Shown: positions 38,562 through 48,670 of the stretch, piece by piece
Layout: each line of letters begins with the position of its first letter
Position numbering within the stretch: the first letter of the stretch is position 1
Assembly: GCA_963756835.1 (NCBI GenBank)
Contig: CAVWPE010000001.1
Span: forward strand, 128,094 to 192,093
DNA length: 64,000 bases
From: an uncultured Thermoleophilia bacterium
GTDB taxonomy: Bacteria > Actinomycetota > Thermoleophilia > Gaiellales > Gaiellaceae
Reading direction: 5' to 3'
The notes under the pieces: generated by a model
Database searches by the model: none
Told to the model about the DNA's origin: nothing
The model's input: the letters and a program-made list of their open reading frames with translations, nothing else
Position numbers and translations under genes: made by a program

Positions 38562-39504
38562 CGGAGAGCAGGACCTCCGCGATCTGGATCGCGTTCAGGG
38601 CAGCTCCCTTGCGGAGATTGTCGCAGGAGAGGAAGAGGGCAAGACCGTTCGGCGTCCCGGGGTCCTTGCGTATCCGGCCGACGAGAACGTCGTCTTCGCC
38701 GGCGGCGTCCGCCGGGGTCGGGACCGTCGGGAGCCGTACCACGCGCACGCCCGGCGCCTCGCTCAGGATCGCGGTTGCATCGCCGGGGGAGAGTGGCTCC
38801 TCGAACTCGACCCAGATCGCCTCCGAGTGCCCGACCAGCACCGGGACGCGTACGCACGTGGCGCTGATCGCGAGGTCGGGCAGCTCGAGGATCTTCCGCG
38901 TCTCGGCGCGAAGCTTCGACTCTTCGTCGGACTCGTCTCCGTCCCACGACCAGTCCATCACGAGGTTGTGCTCCACGGAGGGCTCGCTGCGGAGCTGCTC
39001 CATCCGCTGCGCTCCCGCGCCGGACACCGACTGGTAGGTCGCGACGTGCACGCGCTTCAGGGGGGCGACGTCGTGCAAGGGCTTGAGGACGCACGTGAGC
39101 GGGATCGTGCAGCAGTTCGGGTTCGCGACGATCCTGTCCCGGTCGAGCGCCTCGAGCGCGCGGTTCGCGTTGACCTCCGGCACGACGAGCGGATACCCGT
39201 CGACGAGGCGGTAGGCGGACGACTTGTCGATGCAGATCGCTCCCGCGGCCGAGGCGATCGGCACGAGCTCACGGCTCGCGCCGGTACCGACCGAGAAGAG
39301 GAAGAGGTCGATGTCTCCGGCCGAGAGGGCCTCGGGTGTCGCCTCCTCGACGAGGATCTCGCCGTCGCCGAACGGGAGCGTCGACCCGGCCGAGCGTGCT
39401 GATGCGAACGCGCGTACGTCGTAGCCGCGCTCGGCCAGCAGCTCGAGCGTGATCGTGCCGACTGCGCCGGTGGCGCCGACGACTCCTATGCGAGGCGCGG
39501 CCAT
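38545..39504 (-). CDS. asd: Aspartate-semialdehyde dehydrogenase
   Basis: VVGATGAVG, VPEVN, ANPNCCT, TYQSVSGAG, CVRVPV..GHSE, DNLRKGAALNA. Confidence 0.96.
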   Translation of the reverse strand: MAAPRIGVVGATGAVGTITLELLAERGYDVRAFASARSAGSTLPFGDGEILVEEATPEALSAGDIDLFLFSVGTGASRELVPIASAAGAICIDKSSAYRLVDGYPLVVPEVNANRALEALDRDRIVANPNCCTIPLTCVLKPLHDVAPLKRVHVATYQSVSGAGAQRMEQLRSEPSVEHNLVMDWSWDGDESDEESKLRAETRKILELPDLAISATCVRVPVLVGHSEAIWVEFEEPLSPGDATAILSEAPGVRVVRLPTVPTPADAAGEDDVLVGRIRKDPGTPNGLALFLSCDNLRKGAALNAIQIAEVLLSGVPTA

Positions 39505-39596
39505 GACCGAAAGTGTAGAGATCGCCGCCCGAGAGATCGCAGGGGGAACCACGACCTTCGGTGCTGCCCGGCGGGGACTCGACCCCGCCGATGGCT

Positions 39597-40187
39597 TCAG
39601 GCCGGTCGACGGCCGGACAGCGCACGCCCGAGCGTCACCTCATCGGCGTACTCGAGGTCACCGCCGACCGGCAGCCCGCTCGCGAGCCGCGTGACGCGGA
39701 CGCGGTCGCGGAGCCGGTCGGCGAGGTAGGCGGCCGTTGCCTCCCCGGTCATGTTGGGATTCGTCGCGAGGACGACCTCCTCGATGCCCCCCTGCTCGAC
39801 GCGATAGAGGAGCTGGCCGACCCTCAGGTCGGCCGGGTCGACGCCGTCCATCGGGGACAGCGACCCGCCGAGCACGTGGTAGAGGCCGCGGTACTCGTGC
39901 GTTCGCTCGAGCGAGACGACGTCGACGGGCTGCTCGACGACGCAGACGACGGTACGATCACGCCGCGGGTCGGTGCAGATCGCGCAGAGCTCGTCCTCTG
40001 TGAGGTTTCCGCAGTCACGGCAGAAGCGCACCCGCTCCTTCATCTCCGCGATCGCCTCTCCGAGGGCGAGCGCCTCCTCCGGCGAGACCGAGAGCAGATG
40101 GAACGTGAGCCGCTGGGCCGTCCGGGTACCGATCCCGGGTAGGCGCGTGAGTTGGGCGACGAGGTTGTCGACGGCGGGGCTCAGCAT
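39597..40187 (-). CDS. recR: Recombination protein RecR
   Basis: LPGIG.RTAQR, CRDC..C..C zinc finger, YHVLGG, GEATA, LEYADEVTL. Confidence 0.97.
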   Translation of the reverse strand: MLSPAVDNLVAQLTRLPGIGTRTAQRLTFHLLSVSPEEALALGEAIAEMKERVRFCRDCGNLTEDELCAICTDPRRDRTVVCVVEQPVDVVSLERTHEYRGLYHVLGGSLSPMDGVDPADLRVGQLLYRVEQGGIEEVVLATNPNMTGEATAAYLADRLRDRVRVTRLASGLPVGGDLEYADEVTLGRALSGRRPA

Positions 40188-40197
40188 CGCGCCTACG

Positions 40198-41133
40198 TTA
40201 CTCGTCCGTCCCGGACGTCCCCGCGGCATACAACGCGGCCTCGGACAGCCGATCGAGGCGCCGCTCGACGATTTCCACGAACGCGCGCGCTGCGGGGGAG
40301 AGCGGGGCCTCCGACCGGGCGATGAACGCGAACGTGTCGTACAGCGGGTCGGAGAACGATGCGAAATGCAATCCACGGGCACCCTGACGGCTGATCGCCG
40401 ACCGCGGGACGATGGTGTCGCCGAGGCCCCGCCGTGCGAGGCCGACGGCCGCCTCGATTCCCTCGACCTCGATCACGGGCCGCAAGGTCACGCCGGCCCG
40501 CTGCGCCCGTTCGAGCAGCTGGCGGCGCATGGGGTCGTTGGCGCCGTACTGGGCGTCGTAGAGGATGAGCGGCGATTCCGCGAGCGCTTCGATGGTCACC
40601 GGCACGCTCACGCGAGACTCCTCGTGGCTGACGACGACGAGCTCCTCGAGTCGCGCAACGCGGACATCGAGCCCGGCATCATCCACGGGGAGGACGACGA
40701 GGCCGGCCTCGAGCGTCGCCTCGCGCACCTGGTCTGCGACCTCCGACGAGTTGAGGCCCACGAGCCTCAGCCGCACCTCGGGGTGCTTTCTCCGGAAGTC
40801 GGTCGCGAGGTCGGCGATCAGGAAGGCGGATGCGGTTCCGAACATCCCGAACCCCAGGGTTCCTCCGCGAAGGTCGCGCACCTCGGCAACGGCGTCGCGT
40901 GCCCGTTCGACATCGGCGAGGACGCGCTCCGCCTCCGGCCGGAAGCGGCGCCCCGCCTCGGTGAGGACGAGCCCGCGCCCGGCGCGCGCGAAGAGCGCGA
41001 TCCCGAGCTCCGCCTCGAGCTGTCGCACCTGCTCGGAGACCGACGGCTGGGTGAGGAAGAGCGTGCGCGCGGCGGCACTGAACGAACCGTTCTCGACGGT
41101 GGCGAGGAAGTAGGAGAGTTGCTGAATCGTCAT
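40198..41133 (-). CDS. LysR-family transcriptional regulator
   Basis: MTIQQLSYF...GSFSAAA..LFLTQPSVSEQVRQLEAELGIALF.R; divergent from EamA gene. Confidence 0.95.
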   Translation of the reverse strand: MTIQQLSYFLATVENGSFSAAARTLFLTQPSVSEQVRQLEAELGIALFARAGRGLVLTEAGRRFRPEAERVLADVERARDAVAEVRDLRGGTLGFGMFGTASAFLIADLATDFRRKHPEVRLRLVGLNSSEVADQVREATLEAGLVVLPVDDAGLDVRVARLEELVVVSHEESRVSVPVTIEALAESPLILYDAQYGANDPMRRQLLERAQRAGVTLRPVIEVEGIEAAVGLARRGLGDTIVPRSAISRQGARGLHFASFSDPLYDTFAFIARSEAPLSPAARAFVEIVERRLDRLSEAALYAAGTSGTDE

Positions 41134-41197
41134 ATAGGAAAAACCTTGATATAGAGAAGATAACTCAGGGAAGGCTTTTTGTTCGACCATCCGTACA

Positions 41198-42109
41198 TTG
41201 GCTGCTGTGGCTCGGCTCGGCGCTCCCCAATTCCGTGGAACCCTCTTCTGTCTCGTCGCCGGGGTTGCGTTCTCCGTCTCCCCGATCCTGATCCAGATCG
41301 CGTACGACCACGGCGCCGCGGTGAGCGGCGTGCTCGCGTGGCGATACCTTGCGGCAGCCGCGCTGCTGCTCGCCATCGCGAGGCGTAAGGTGCTGCAGGT
41401 GCCCGCCCGCGTCGCGGCCGCCGCCTTCGTTCTGGGGGCGGTCGTGTACGCACTCGACTCCGCGCTGTTCTTCGGCTCGCTCGAGCGCACGTCGGCACCA
41501 CTCGCGTCGCTCGTCCACTACGCGCATCTCGTGCTCGTCGTCGGCGTCGCCGCGATGATCGGTCGCGAGCGACTCACGCGGAGACGGCTCTGTGCCCTCG
41601 TCGGGATCTTCGCCGGAGTCGCACTCGTCGGTGCGACCGCGACGAACCCGAACATGGTCGGCGTGGGGATGGCGCTCGGTTCGGCTGCCGCATATGCGCT
41701 CTACATCCTGCTTTCGGACCGCCTCCTCCGCGATGCGGATGCGATCGCGCTCGCCGCCTACCTGACAGCTGGTGCCGCGTTCTCGTTCACGGTCGTCGGT
41801 GGAGCGCTCGGCTCGCTCGGCACGGTCGGTGGCTCGAAAGGGCTCGTCTGCCTCGCAATCGCGGCGCTCGTCGGCTCCGTGCTCGCCGTCACGTCGTTCC
41901 TCAAGGGCGTCCGCCTCGTGGGACCCTCGACGGCCTCGCTCCTCGTAACGGTCGAGGTACCGGTGACGATCACGCTCGCGGCGCTCGTTCTGAAGCAGCA
42001 CATGACGACGCCTCAGCTCGTGGGCGCCGGCCTCGTCGTCGCGGCGATCACGGGAATGCAGCTGCGGCGCCGTGCGCGGCCACCCGCAACCGAGCTCGTA
42101 GCGGCCTAG
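41198..42109 (+). CDS. EamA/DMT family transporter
   Basis: About 10 TM segments in two repeats; GPSTASLL..VE.P. Confidence 0.9.
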   Translation: MAAVARLGAPQFRGTLFCLVAGVAFSVSPILIQIAYDHGAAVSGVLAWRYLAAAALLLAIARRKVLQVPARVAAAAFVLGAVVYALDSALFFGSLERTSAPLASLVHYAHLVLVVGVAAMIGRERLTRRRLCALVGIFAGVALVGATATNPNMVGVGMALGSAAAYALYILLSDRLLRDADAIALAAYLTAGAAFSFTVVGGALGSLGTVGGSKGLVCLAIAALVGSVLAVTSFLKGVRLVGPSTASLLVTVEVPVTITLAALVLKQHMTTPQLVGAGLVVAAITGMQLRRRARPPATELVAA

Positions 42110-42138
42110 CCGACGCGGGTCGGGGGCGGGTCGTGCCC

Positions 42139-42462
42139 CTACAGTCCGGGCAGGCCGAGCGACCCGAGGTCGGGCATTTGACCGCGAATCTTCGCCTCGA
42201 CGAGATCGCTCGCGGAGCGGAGTGCCTCGTTGGCGGCGGCCATCACGATGTCGGCCAGCATCTCCGGATCGTCGGGGTCGATAGCTTTCGGGTCGATCAC
42301 GATCTCGACGAGCTCTCCGCCGCCATTCGCCTTGACGGTGACCATTCCACCGCCGGCGGACGCCTCGACGATCTCCAGTTTTGCCTGCTCCTGGGCCTCC
42401 ATCATCTGCGCCTGCATCTCCTGGGCCTGCTTGAGCATCGCGTTCATGTCGAACTTCGCCAT
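42139..42462 (-). CDS. ybaB: YbaB/EbfC nucleoid-associated protein
   Basis: MLKQAQEMQ, ASAGGGMVTV, IDP...DPDDPEMLAD. Confidence 0.95.
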   Translation of the reverse strand: MAKFDMNAMLKQAQEMQAQMMEAQEQAKLEIVEASAGGGMVTVKANGGGELVEIVIDPKAIDPDDPEMLADIVMAAANEALRSASDLVEAKIRGQMPDLGSLGLPGL

Positions 42463-44111
42463 CAGTGCTCCTCCACTTCCTCTGCGTCGAATGTGTCCTT
42501 GAGCAAGGAGATCACGTCTTCCTCGGAAAGCTCCCGCGGGTCCTCGTGCTCGGTCGGCTCCGGTGCGGTGCCGATGAGTGTCTCGATCCGCAGGCGGCGC
42601 CCCGTGACCTCGTAGAGCGCCTCTGCCAGCATCGCGAGGTTCTTCGGCTCCTCGATCTGCGACCGGTGAAAGCCGGCCGCGGGCGCGAACTCGATCGTTA
42701 GCGTGTCGCCGCTGATCTCGACTGGCCGGGCTTCCACGAGGAGGGTCGAGATCGGGATCGAGCGCTCCCGAACAGCGTCGACGACGTTCCTCTGCCAGGC
42801 GTCGCGGAGCTGATCCAGGTCGATGGGTGGCAGAGTCTCGACTGGAGGAGAGGCGACCTCCGGGACGAGCGCTGTGCCGGACTCCGGCGTGGGGCGGGTC
42901 TCCACGCGGGGCGGGTGGTCGACGCGCGGCGCCCGGACCGGCTCCGCGACGGTCGCGGCCGGAGTGCCGGTCGCCGGTCGCGCCTCGAGCAGCTCGAGTC
43001 GATGGGCGAGTGACTCGCGTGACATGTCCGCCTGAGGGCGGGTCACCTTGACGAGCGCGAGCTCGAGCGGCAGGCGCGGGTCTCCGCCCTGTCTCATGTC
43101 GTCGACGGCGACGGCGAGAAGATCGATCAGGCGCAGGACGGTCGGCTCGGGCAGCTGGTTTGCCTGCTCGCGCAGGCGCTCCCGTGTCTCCTCGGTGACC
43201 GGGAGCGACTGGGGAACATGGCCGACGTGCTGGACGAGCAGCAGCTGGCGGAGGTGGTCGACGAGGTCGACGACGAGCCGGCCGATGTCCTGGCCCTGCT
43301 CTGCCAGCTCCTCGATCTGGACGAGCGCGCCGGCCGTGTCGCGATCGATGATGGTGTCGCAGAGACGGAAGAGCGAGTCTTCCTCGACTCCCCCGACGAG
43401 CTGGAGCACATCCTGCACCGCAATCGTGCCGTCGGTCGCGGCGGAGAGTTGATCCAGGATCGAGACCGCGTCACGAAACGATCCGCGCGCCCCCTGCGCG
43501 ATCAGGGCGAGCGCCGAGTCGACGGCATCGATGCCTTCGCCCTCGCACACGCGCCGGAGGACGACGACGAGCTCCTGCAGGCGGGGTCGCTGGAAGACGA
43601 ATGTCTGGCACCTGGAGCGGACTGTCGGGAGGACGCTGGCGAGATCGGTCGTGCAGAAGACGAAGACGAGGTGGGGAGGAGGCTCCTCGATCAGCTTCAG
43701 CAGCGCGTTCCACGCCTGGGACGTGAGCTGATGCGCCTCGTCGATGATGTAGACCTTGTAGCCCCCCTCGACCGGCTGTAGGACGGCGCGGTCGCGAATC
43801 TCGCGCACGTCGTCGATCCCGCGCTGCGACGCGGCATCCATCTCGATCACGTCGAGCGAGCTTCCGTCGGCGATTGCTCGCGCAATCGGCGTGCCCGGGT
43901 CGAAGTCGGCATTCGGGCCGCCCGACGCGTTCATCGCCTTCGCCAGGATCCTCGCCATGGACGTCTTGCCCGTCCCGCGTGGCCCCGCGAACAGGTACGC
44001 CTGCCGCACCTGGTCGTGCTCGATCGCGTTCCTGAGCGTGCGTACGACCGCTTCCTGGCCGATCACGTCACCGAAGTCGAGCGGTCGATAGGTGCGGTAC
44101 AGGGCGGCCAC
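42462..44111 (-). CDS. dnaX: DNA polymerase III gamma/tau
   Basis: ALYRTYRP, GPRGTGKTS, EMDAAS, IIDEAH, NALLKLIEEPP, SRCQ, GSFRDA. Confidence 0.97.
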   Translation of the reverse strand: MAALYRTYRPLDFGDVIGQEAVVRTLRNAIEHDQVRQAYLFAGPRGTGKTSMARILAKAMNASGGPNADFDPGTPIARAIADGSSLDVIEMDAASQRGIDDVREIRDRAVLQPVEGGYKVYIIDEAHQLTSQAWNALLKLIEEPPPHLVFVFCTTDLASVLPTVRSRCQTFVFQRPRLQELVVVLRRVCEGEGIDAVDSALALIAQGARGSFRDAVSILDQLSAATDGTIAVQDVLQLVGGVEEDSLFRLCDTIIDRDTAGALVQIEELAEQGQDIGRLVVDLVDHLRQLLLVQHVGHVPQSLPVTEETRERLREQANQLPEPTVLRLIDLLAVAVDDMRQGGDPRLPLELALVKVTRPQADMSRESLAHRLELLEARPATGTPAATVAEPVRAPRVDHPPRVETRPTPESGTALVPEVASPPVETLPPIDLDQLRDAWQRNVVDAVRERSIPISTLLVEARPVEISGDTLTIEFAPAAGFHRSQIEEPKNLAMLAEALYEVTGRRLRIETLIGTAPEPTEHEDPRELSEEDVISLLKDTFDAEEVEEH

Positions 44112-44145
44112 GCTGCGATCCTATTCGCTCGACGGTTCGGCAGTG

Positions 44146-44421
44146 CCCGGTCACGCGCTCCGTCGTCGAAACCGGCTTCCCCGGAGGATTCTGCGTCGCC
44201 GGCTCGGGCCGGGCGGAGCCGCGGCACCTGCGAGGGAGTCCTTAGCGCTGCTTCCTTCCGGATCTGACGCGGTTCGAACGCTCGCAGTGCGCGGGACCCG
44301 ACCTGTCAACACCTCGTGCGCAGACCAATCCCGATGAGGCCGTCCCTCGGACGGCGTTCGGTCCCGCTGGAGCGGATTTCGGGTTCAGGGAACCGCTGCC
44401 TCCCCACCTAGCGCGACCGGG
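44146..44421 (-). ncRNA. ffs: Signal recognition particle RNA, large (Alu-containing) bacterial type
   Basis: Helix-8 signature GTCAGATCCGGAAGGAAGCAGC; 5' Alu-like GCTAGGTGGGGAGGCAGCGGTTCCCTG; ends CCCGGTCGCG/CGCGTGACCGGG pair; TGCTACCCT extended -10 upstream; usual position before dnaX. Confidence 0.92.
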
Positions 44422-44505
44422 CGTCGGAAGGGTAGCAATGTCCAGGTCGAGTCGGCCACGTCGCCGTCTGACTCACGCCCGTCTGCCTTGTCTAGGCTGG
44501 TTCGA

Positions 44506-46293
44506 ATGCCTGCGATCGAGGACTACGCGCTGCTCGGCGATCTCCAGACGGCGGCGCTCGTGAGCCGCGAAGGATCCATCGACTGGTGCTGCTTTCCACG
44601 ATTCGACTCCGGCGCCTGCTTCGCCGCGCTTCTCGGCGGGAGAGAGCACGGGCGCTGGCAGGTCACGCCGGCTCACGGCGCCGGGCGGGTGACCCGGCGC
44701 TACCGCCACGACACGCTGATCCTCGAGACGGTGTACGAGACCGATGACGGTGCCGTTCGGGCGATCGAGTTCATGCCGCCACGGGGTGATGCCCCCGACA
44801 TCGTGCGGATCGTTGAGGGCCTGAGCGGGCGCGTCCGCATGCGCTCCGAGCTCGTGATCCGGTTCGACTTCGGGAACATCGTCCCGTGGGTGCGTCGGGT
44901 CGACGGCGCTCGTGTCGCGGTCGCAGGGCCGGATGCGTTGTGTCTCCGAACGCCGGTCGGAAGCCACGGTGAGGGTCTGTCGACCGTCTCCGAGTTCACG
45001 GTGGCCCCTGGCGAGCGGGTGCCGTTCGTGCTCACGTGGTTCCCGTCCCACGTCGCGCTCCCCGCCGAGATCGACCCGGAGGAGGCTCTGACCGAGACGG
45101 AGGACTACTGGTTGAGCTGGGCCGGCCGTTGTAGCCATGGCGGCGACTATCACGAGGAGATTCATCAGTCGCTCCTGCTCCTCAAGGCGCTGACCTACGC
45201 TCCGACGGGCGGCATCGTCGCGGCGCCGACGACGTCGCTACCCGAGTGGATCGGCGGTGTCAGGAACTGGGACTATCGCTACTGCTGGCTGCGCGACGCG
45301 ACGCTCACGCTCCTCGCGATGCTGCACGCGGGCTACGCCGAGGAGGCGATCGCGTGGCGTCAGTGGCTGTTGCGGGCGGTCGCTGGCAGTCCGGCGGACG
45401 TTCAGATCATGTACGGCATCGGAGGCGAGCGTCGCCTCGACGAGCGTGAGCTCGAATGGCTGCCGGGGTTCGAGGCGTCGCGTCCCGTGCGCGTCGGCAA
45501 CGCGGCCTCGGGGCAGCTCCAACTCGACGTCTACGGCGAGATTCTCGACGCGCTGTTCCAGACGCGCAGCTCCGGAGCCCCCGAAGACGACGACGTCTGG
45601 TCGTTGACGCTGAAGCTGCTCGCGTGGTTGGAGACCGGGTGGCGTCAGAAGGACGCCGGCATCTGGGAGGTGCGGGGTCCGAACAGGCACTTCACGCACT
45701 CGAAGGTGATGGCATGGGTTGCGTTCGATCGCGCCATCCGGTTCCACGAGGAGTTCGGGCGTGACGGTCCCGTCGAGCGCTGGCGCGAGCTGCGGGAGGA
45801 GATCAAGTCCGAGATCCTCACGCATGCCTGGAACGAGGAGAAGCGCGCATTCGCACAGTCGTACGACTCGGACGAGCTCGATGCCAGCGTGCTGCTCATG
45901 GCTCTCGTCGGGTTCCTGCCGGCGAACGACCCGCGCTTCGCGTCGACGGTCGAGGCGATCGTTCGCGAGCTGACGGTCGACGGCCTCGTTCTGCGCTATG
46001 CATCGCACTCGCCGGTCGACGGGCTCCCGGCGGGTGAGGGCGTGTTCCTGCCGTGCTCGTTCTGGCTCGCGGACGTGCTCGCGCGTCAGGGGAAGGTCGA
46101 CGAGGCACGCGAGCTGTTCGAGCGCCTGCTCGATCTCCGGAACGACGTCGGCTTGCTGTCGGAGGAGTACGACCCCGTCGGCAGGCGGCAGCTGGGCAAC
46201 TTCCCGCAGGCGTTCACCCACCTTGCACTCGTGGGCGCTGCGATGACGATCGGCGAAGGCCGGAGCCTGCGCGGAGGCGCTGCCCCGGCATGA
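44506..46293 (+). CDS. Glycoside hydrolase family 15 (trehalase/glucoamylase-like)
   Basis: IEDYALLGD, AAPTTSLPE, NWDYRYCWLRD, GIWEVRG, LLSEEYD, GNFPQAFTH. Confidence 0.95.
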   Translation: MPAIEDYALLGDLQTAALVSREGSIDWCCFPRFDSGACFAALLGGREHGRWQVTPAHGAGRVTRRYRHDTLILETVYETDDGAVRAIEFMPPRGDAPDIVRIVEGLSGRVRMRSELVIRFDFGNIVPWVRRVDGARVAVAGPDALCLRTPVGSHGEGLSTVSEFTVAPGERVPFVLTWFPSHVALPAEIDPEEALTETEDYWLSWAGRCSHGGDYHEEIHQSLLLLKALTYAPTGGIVAAPTTSLPEWIGGVRNWDYRYCWLRDATLTLLAMLHAGYAEEAIAWRQWLLRAVAGSPADVQIMYGIGGERRLDERELEWLPGFEASRPVRVGNAASGQLQLDVYGEILDALFQTRSSGAPEDDDVWSLTLKLLAWLETGWRQKDAGIWEVRGPNRHFTHSKVMAWVAFDRAIRFHEEFGRDGPVERWRELREEIKSEILTHAWNEEKRAFAQSYDSDELDASVLLMALVGFLPANDPRFASTVEAIVRELTVDGLVLRYASHSPVDGLPAGEGVFLPCSFWLADVLARQGKVDEARELFERLLDLRNDVGLLSEEYDPVGRRQLGNFPQAFTHLALVGAAMTIGEGRSLRGGAAPA

Positions 46294-46328
46294 TGCCGCT
46301 GCGGGGTGACGCGCTCGGAGCGGCGGCG

Positions 46329-46838
46329 CTACCTCCGAGCCGCCTCGAGGGCGAGCAGGGTTGCCTTCGCCTCGAGCCCTCCTGCGAACCCGGTGAGCGA
46401 TCCGTCGCTCCCGACGACTCTGTGGCACGGGAGGACGATCGAGATCGGGTTGCGCCCGTTCGCGGCGCCGACGGCTCGCACCGCTCGCGGGTGCCCGATG
46501 GCAGCCGCTTGCTCCGCGTACGTCCGAGTCTCTCCGTACGGGATCGTCGCGAGGGCGCGCCACGCGGCGAGCTGGAAGGGCGTTCCCCGGAGATCGAGCG
46601 GCAGGTCGAACGATCGCCGGTCGCCGGCGAAGTATTCGCCGAGTTGCGCCGCGGCGTCGTCGAGCACGCTCGACGGGTCGAGGGCAAGGCGGGCAGCGTC
46701 GATCCCGGCGCGGGCCGGGTCGTCTCCTGCCCAGAGGATCGCGCGGACGCCGGTCGTCGAGGCGACGAGCGTCAGCGGGCCGAGCGGGCTGTCGAACAGC
46801 TGCGACGCGAGTGGGGGAGAGCTCATGAGTGTGGTCAT
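46329..46838 (-). CDS. ogt: Methylated-DNA-protein-cysteine methyltransferase
   Basis: GTPFQ..W, IPYGET.TY, RAVG.ANG.NP, PCHRV. Confidence 0.95.
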   Translation of the reverse strand: MTTLMSSPPLASQLFDSPLGPLTLVASTTGVRAILWAGDDPARAGIDAARLALDPSSVLDDAAAQLGEYFAGDRRSFDLPLDLRGTPFQLAAWRALATIPYGETRTYAEQAAAIGHPRAVRAVGAANGRNPISIVLPCHRVVGSDGSLTGFAGGLEAKATLLALEAARR

Positions 46839-46933
46839 ACCCGGTACAACGCCAGGCAGGCTCGCACTGTGAGGTCGCAGCTGCGCCCTGCGGCTCTCAG
46901 GTGGCTCCCAGGTGCCGCTGCTTCAATCCTCGC

Positions 46934-48670
46934 ATGTTCTACCTCTCCTACCTGCGGAGCGAGTTGCTCCGGCGAAAGAGCCGCACGATCCTCACCGTTC
47001 TCGGGCTCGCAGTCGGAGTCTCTCTCGTGATTGCGGTATCGGCGCTCTCGCGCGGCCTCGACGATGCGCAGGCGAAGGCCCTCGATCCCCTGTCGAGCAT
47101 CGGTACCGACCTGACCGTGACACTCGAGCCGGAACAGAGTCAGCGCGGTGGTGGTGGCTTCGGCGGTGGCGGTGGCTTCGGCGGCGGCCGGGAGGTCGTG
47201 CAGGCGAATCAGTCCGTGATCACCGATCTGTCGAAGCTCGGTAAGCCGGGCGACCAGTTCGTCCACGATTTCTTCCTCCCCGGGACGCAACTGACATTCC
47301 CGCAGACGACGGCGACCGAGATCGCCACGGTCCCCGGGGTGGCGGCCGTCTCGAGCGGCCTCGTCCTCGCCGCCGTGCACCAGTCGGGCACGGTCCCCAA
47401 GATCGTCGCCAAGATTCAGGCGGGCGGCCAGGAGATTCAGGTCGACCGCGAGATCCAGCGTCCGACGGCTGCCGAGTTCACGAAGATGCAGGCCTGTCTT
47501 GCGAAGGCCGGGATCACGTTCGGTGGTGGTGGTGGTCAGGGTGGTCAGGGAGGTCAGGGTGGTCAGGGCGGCGGGCTGGGTGGTGGCCAGGGCGGCGGCG
47601 GTCCGGGTGACGGCCAGGGTGGTGGTCCAGACCGGAGCGCGTTCAACGCCTGTCTTCCCGAACGGCTGCGTCGGTTCCGGGCGACCATCACGACGCCCCA
47701 GGAGACGCTGCAACAGGTCGTCAACCCGCCCCAGACGAACATCAAGAGCTCGAGCTACACGATCGCCGGCGTCGATCCCAAGACACCCGAGATCGGTGTC
47801 GTCACGTCCGGACTCGTCTCGAGCGGACGGTTCATCGTTGCCAGCGAGGGGGGCGGTGAGCATGAGGCACTGCTTTCCGCGTCGTATGCGAGCCGCCAGG
47901 GGCTGAAGGTCGGATCGAAGCTCGACCTCAACGGCACCGTCTTCACGGTCGTCGGCCTCGTCCGACCCCCGCTCGGCGGCCAGACGGCCGACGTCTATGT
48001 CGGCCTCGCCCAGCTCCAGGTGCTGGCGAGCCAGAAGGGTGCGGTCAACGTCCTGCTCGTTCGCGCCGAGGACGGGTCGTCGGTCGCCGAGGTGCAGCGG
48101 CAGATCGAGGCTCTCTACCCGCGGGCACAGGTCGCGAGCGCCCAGCAGGTCGCCGACTCGATCAGCGGCTCACTCGTCGACGCGGCCAGCCTCTCGAAGC
48201 GCCTGGGTACCGCGCTCGCCGTTCTCGCGGCAGTCGCCGCCTTCCTCCTCGCCGTGCTGTTGACGCTCTCCTCCGTCGGCAAGCGCGTGCGTGAGCTGGG
48301 AACGCTCAAGGCCCTCGGCTGGACGCAGTGGCAGGTCGTCCGCCAGGTCATGGGCGAGTCGCTCGCCCAGGGCGTTCTCGGGGGCGTGCTGGGTGTCGTC
48401 CTGGGGATCGTCGTGGCCTCGGCGATCGGGGCGTTTGGCCCCACGCTGACCGCCAGCTCGTCGACCGGTGGGGGCGACGGGTTCTTCGGGCTCGGAGAGG
48501 TCACTGCGCGCAGCGTCACCGATCAGGTTGCGCTCACCGCGCCGATCGCGGCCGGCGTGCTCGTGGTGGGCTTCCTGCTCGCCGTGATCGGCGGTCTCAT
48601 CGCAGGAGGCGCCGGCGCGTTCCGTGCCTCGCGGCTCCGCCCTGCCGACGCGCTGAGGCAGGTCGAGTAG
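46934..48670 (+). CDS. MacB/FtsX-type ABC permease with Gly/Gln-rich insert
   Basis: RRKSRTILTVLG, RVRELGTLKALGW, RLRPADALR; GGQ repeats near 47521-47630. Confidence 0.92.
   Translation: MFYLSYLRSELLRRKSRTILTVLGLAVGVSLVIAVSALSRGLDDAQAKALDPLSSIGTDLTVTLEPEQSQRGGGGFGGGGGFGGGREVVQANQSVITDLSKLGKPGDQFVHDFFLPGTQLTFPQTTATEIATVPGVAAVSSGLVLAAVHQSGTVPKIVAKIQAGGQEIQVDREIQRPTAAEFTKMQACLAKAGITFGGGGGQGGQGGQGGQGGGLGGGQGGGGPGDGQGGGPDRSAFNACLPERLRRFRATITTPQETLQQVVNPPQTNIKSSSYTIAGVDPKTPEIGVVTSGLVSSGRFIVASEGGGEHEALLSASYASRQGLKVGSKLDLNGTVFTVVGLVRPPLGGQTADVYVGLAQLQVLASQKGAVNVLLVRAEDGSSVAEVQRQIEALYPRAQVASAQQVADSISGSLVDAASLSKRLGTALAVLAAVAAFLLAVLLTLSSVGKRVRELGTLKALGWTQWQVVRQVMGESLAQGVLGGVLGVVLGIVVASAIGAFGPTLTASSSTGGGDGFFGLGEVTARSVTDQVALTAPIAAGVLVVGFLLAVIGGLIAGGAGAFRASRLRPADALRQVE

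Noticed and set aside
39541-39592. Third copy of the REP-like unit (GGGGGAACC...)
   Set aside because: Only a short partial match; the adjacent CGGCGGGG/CCCCGCCG hairpin is better explained as the recR terminator.
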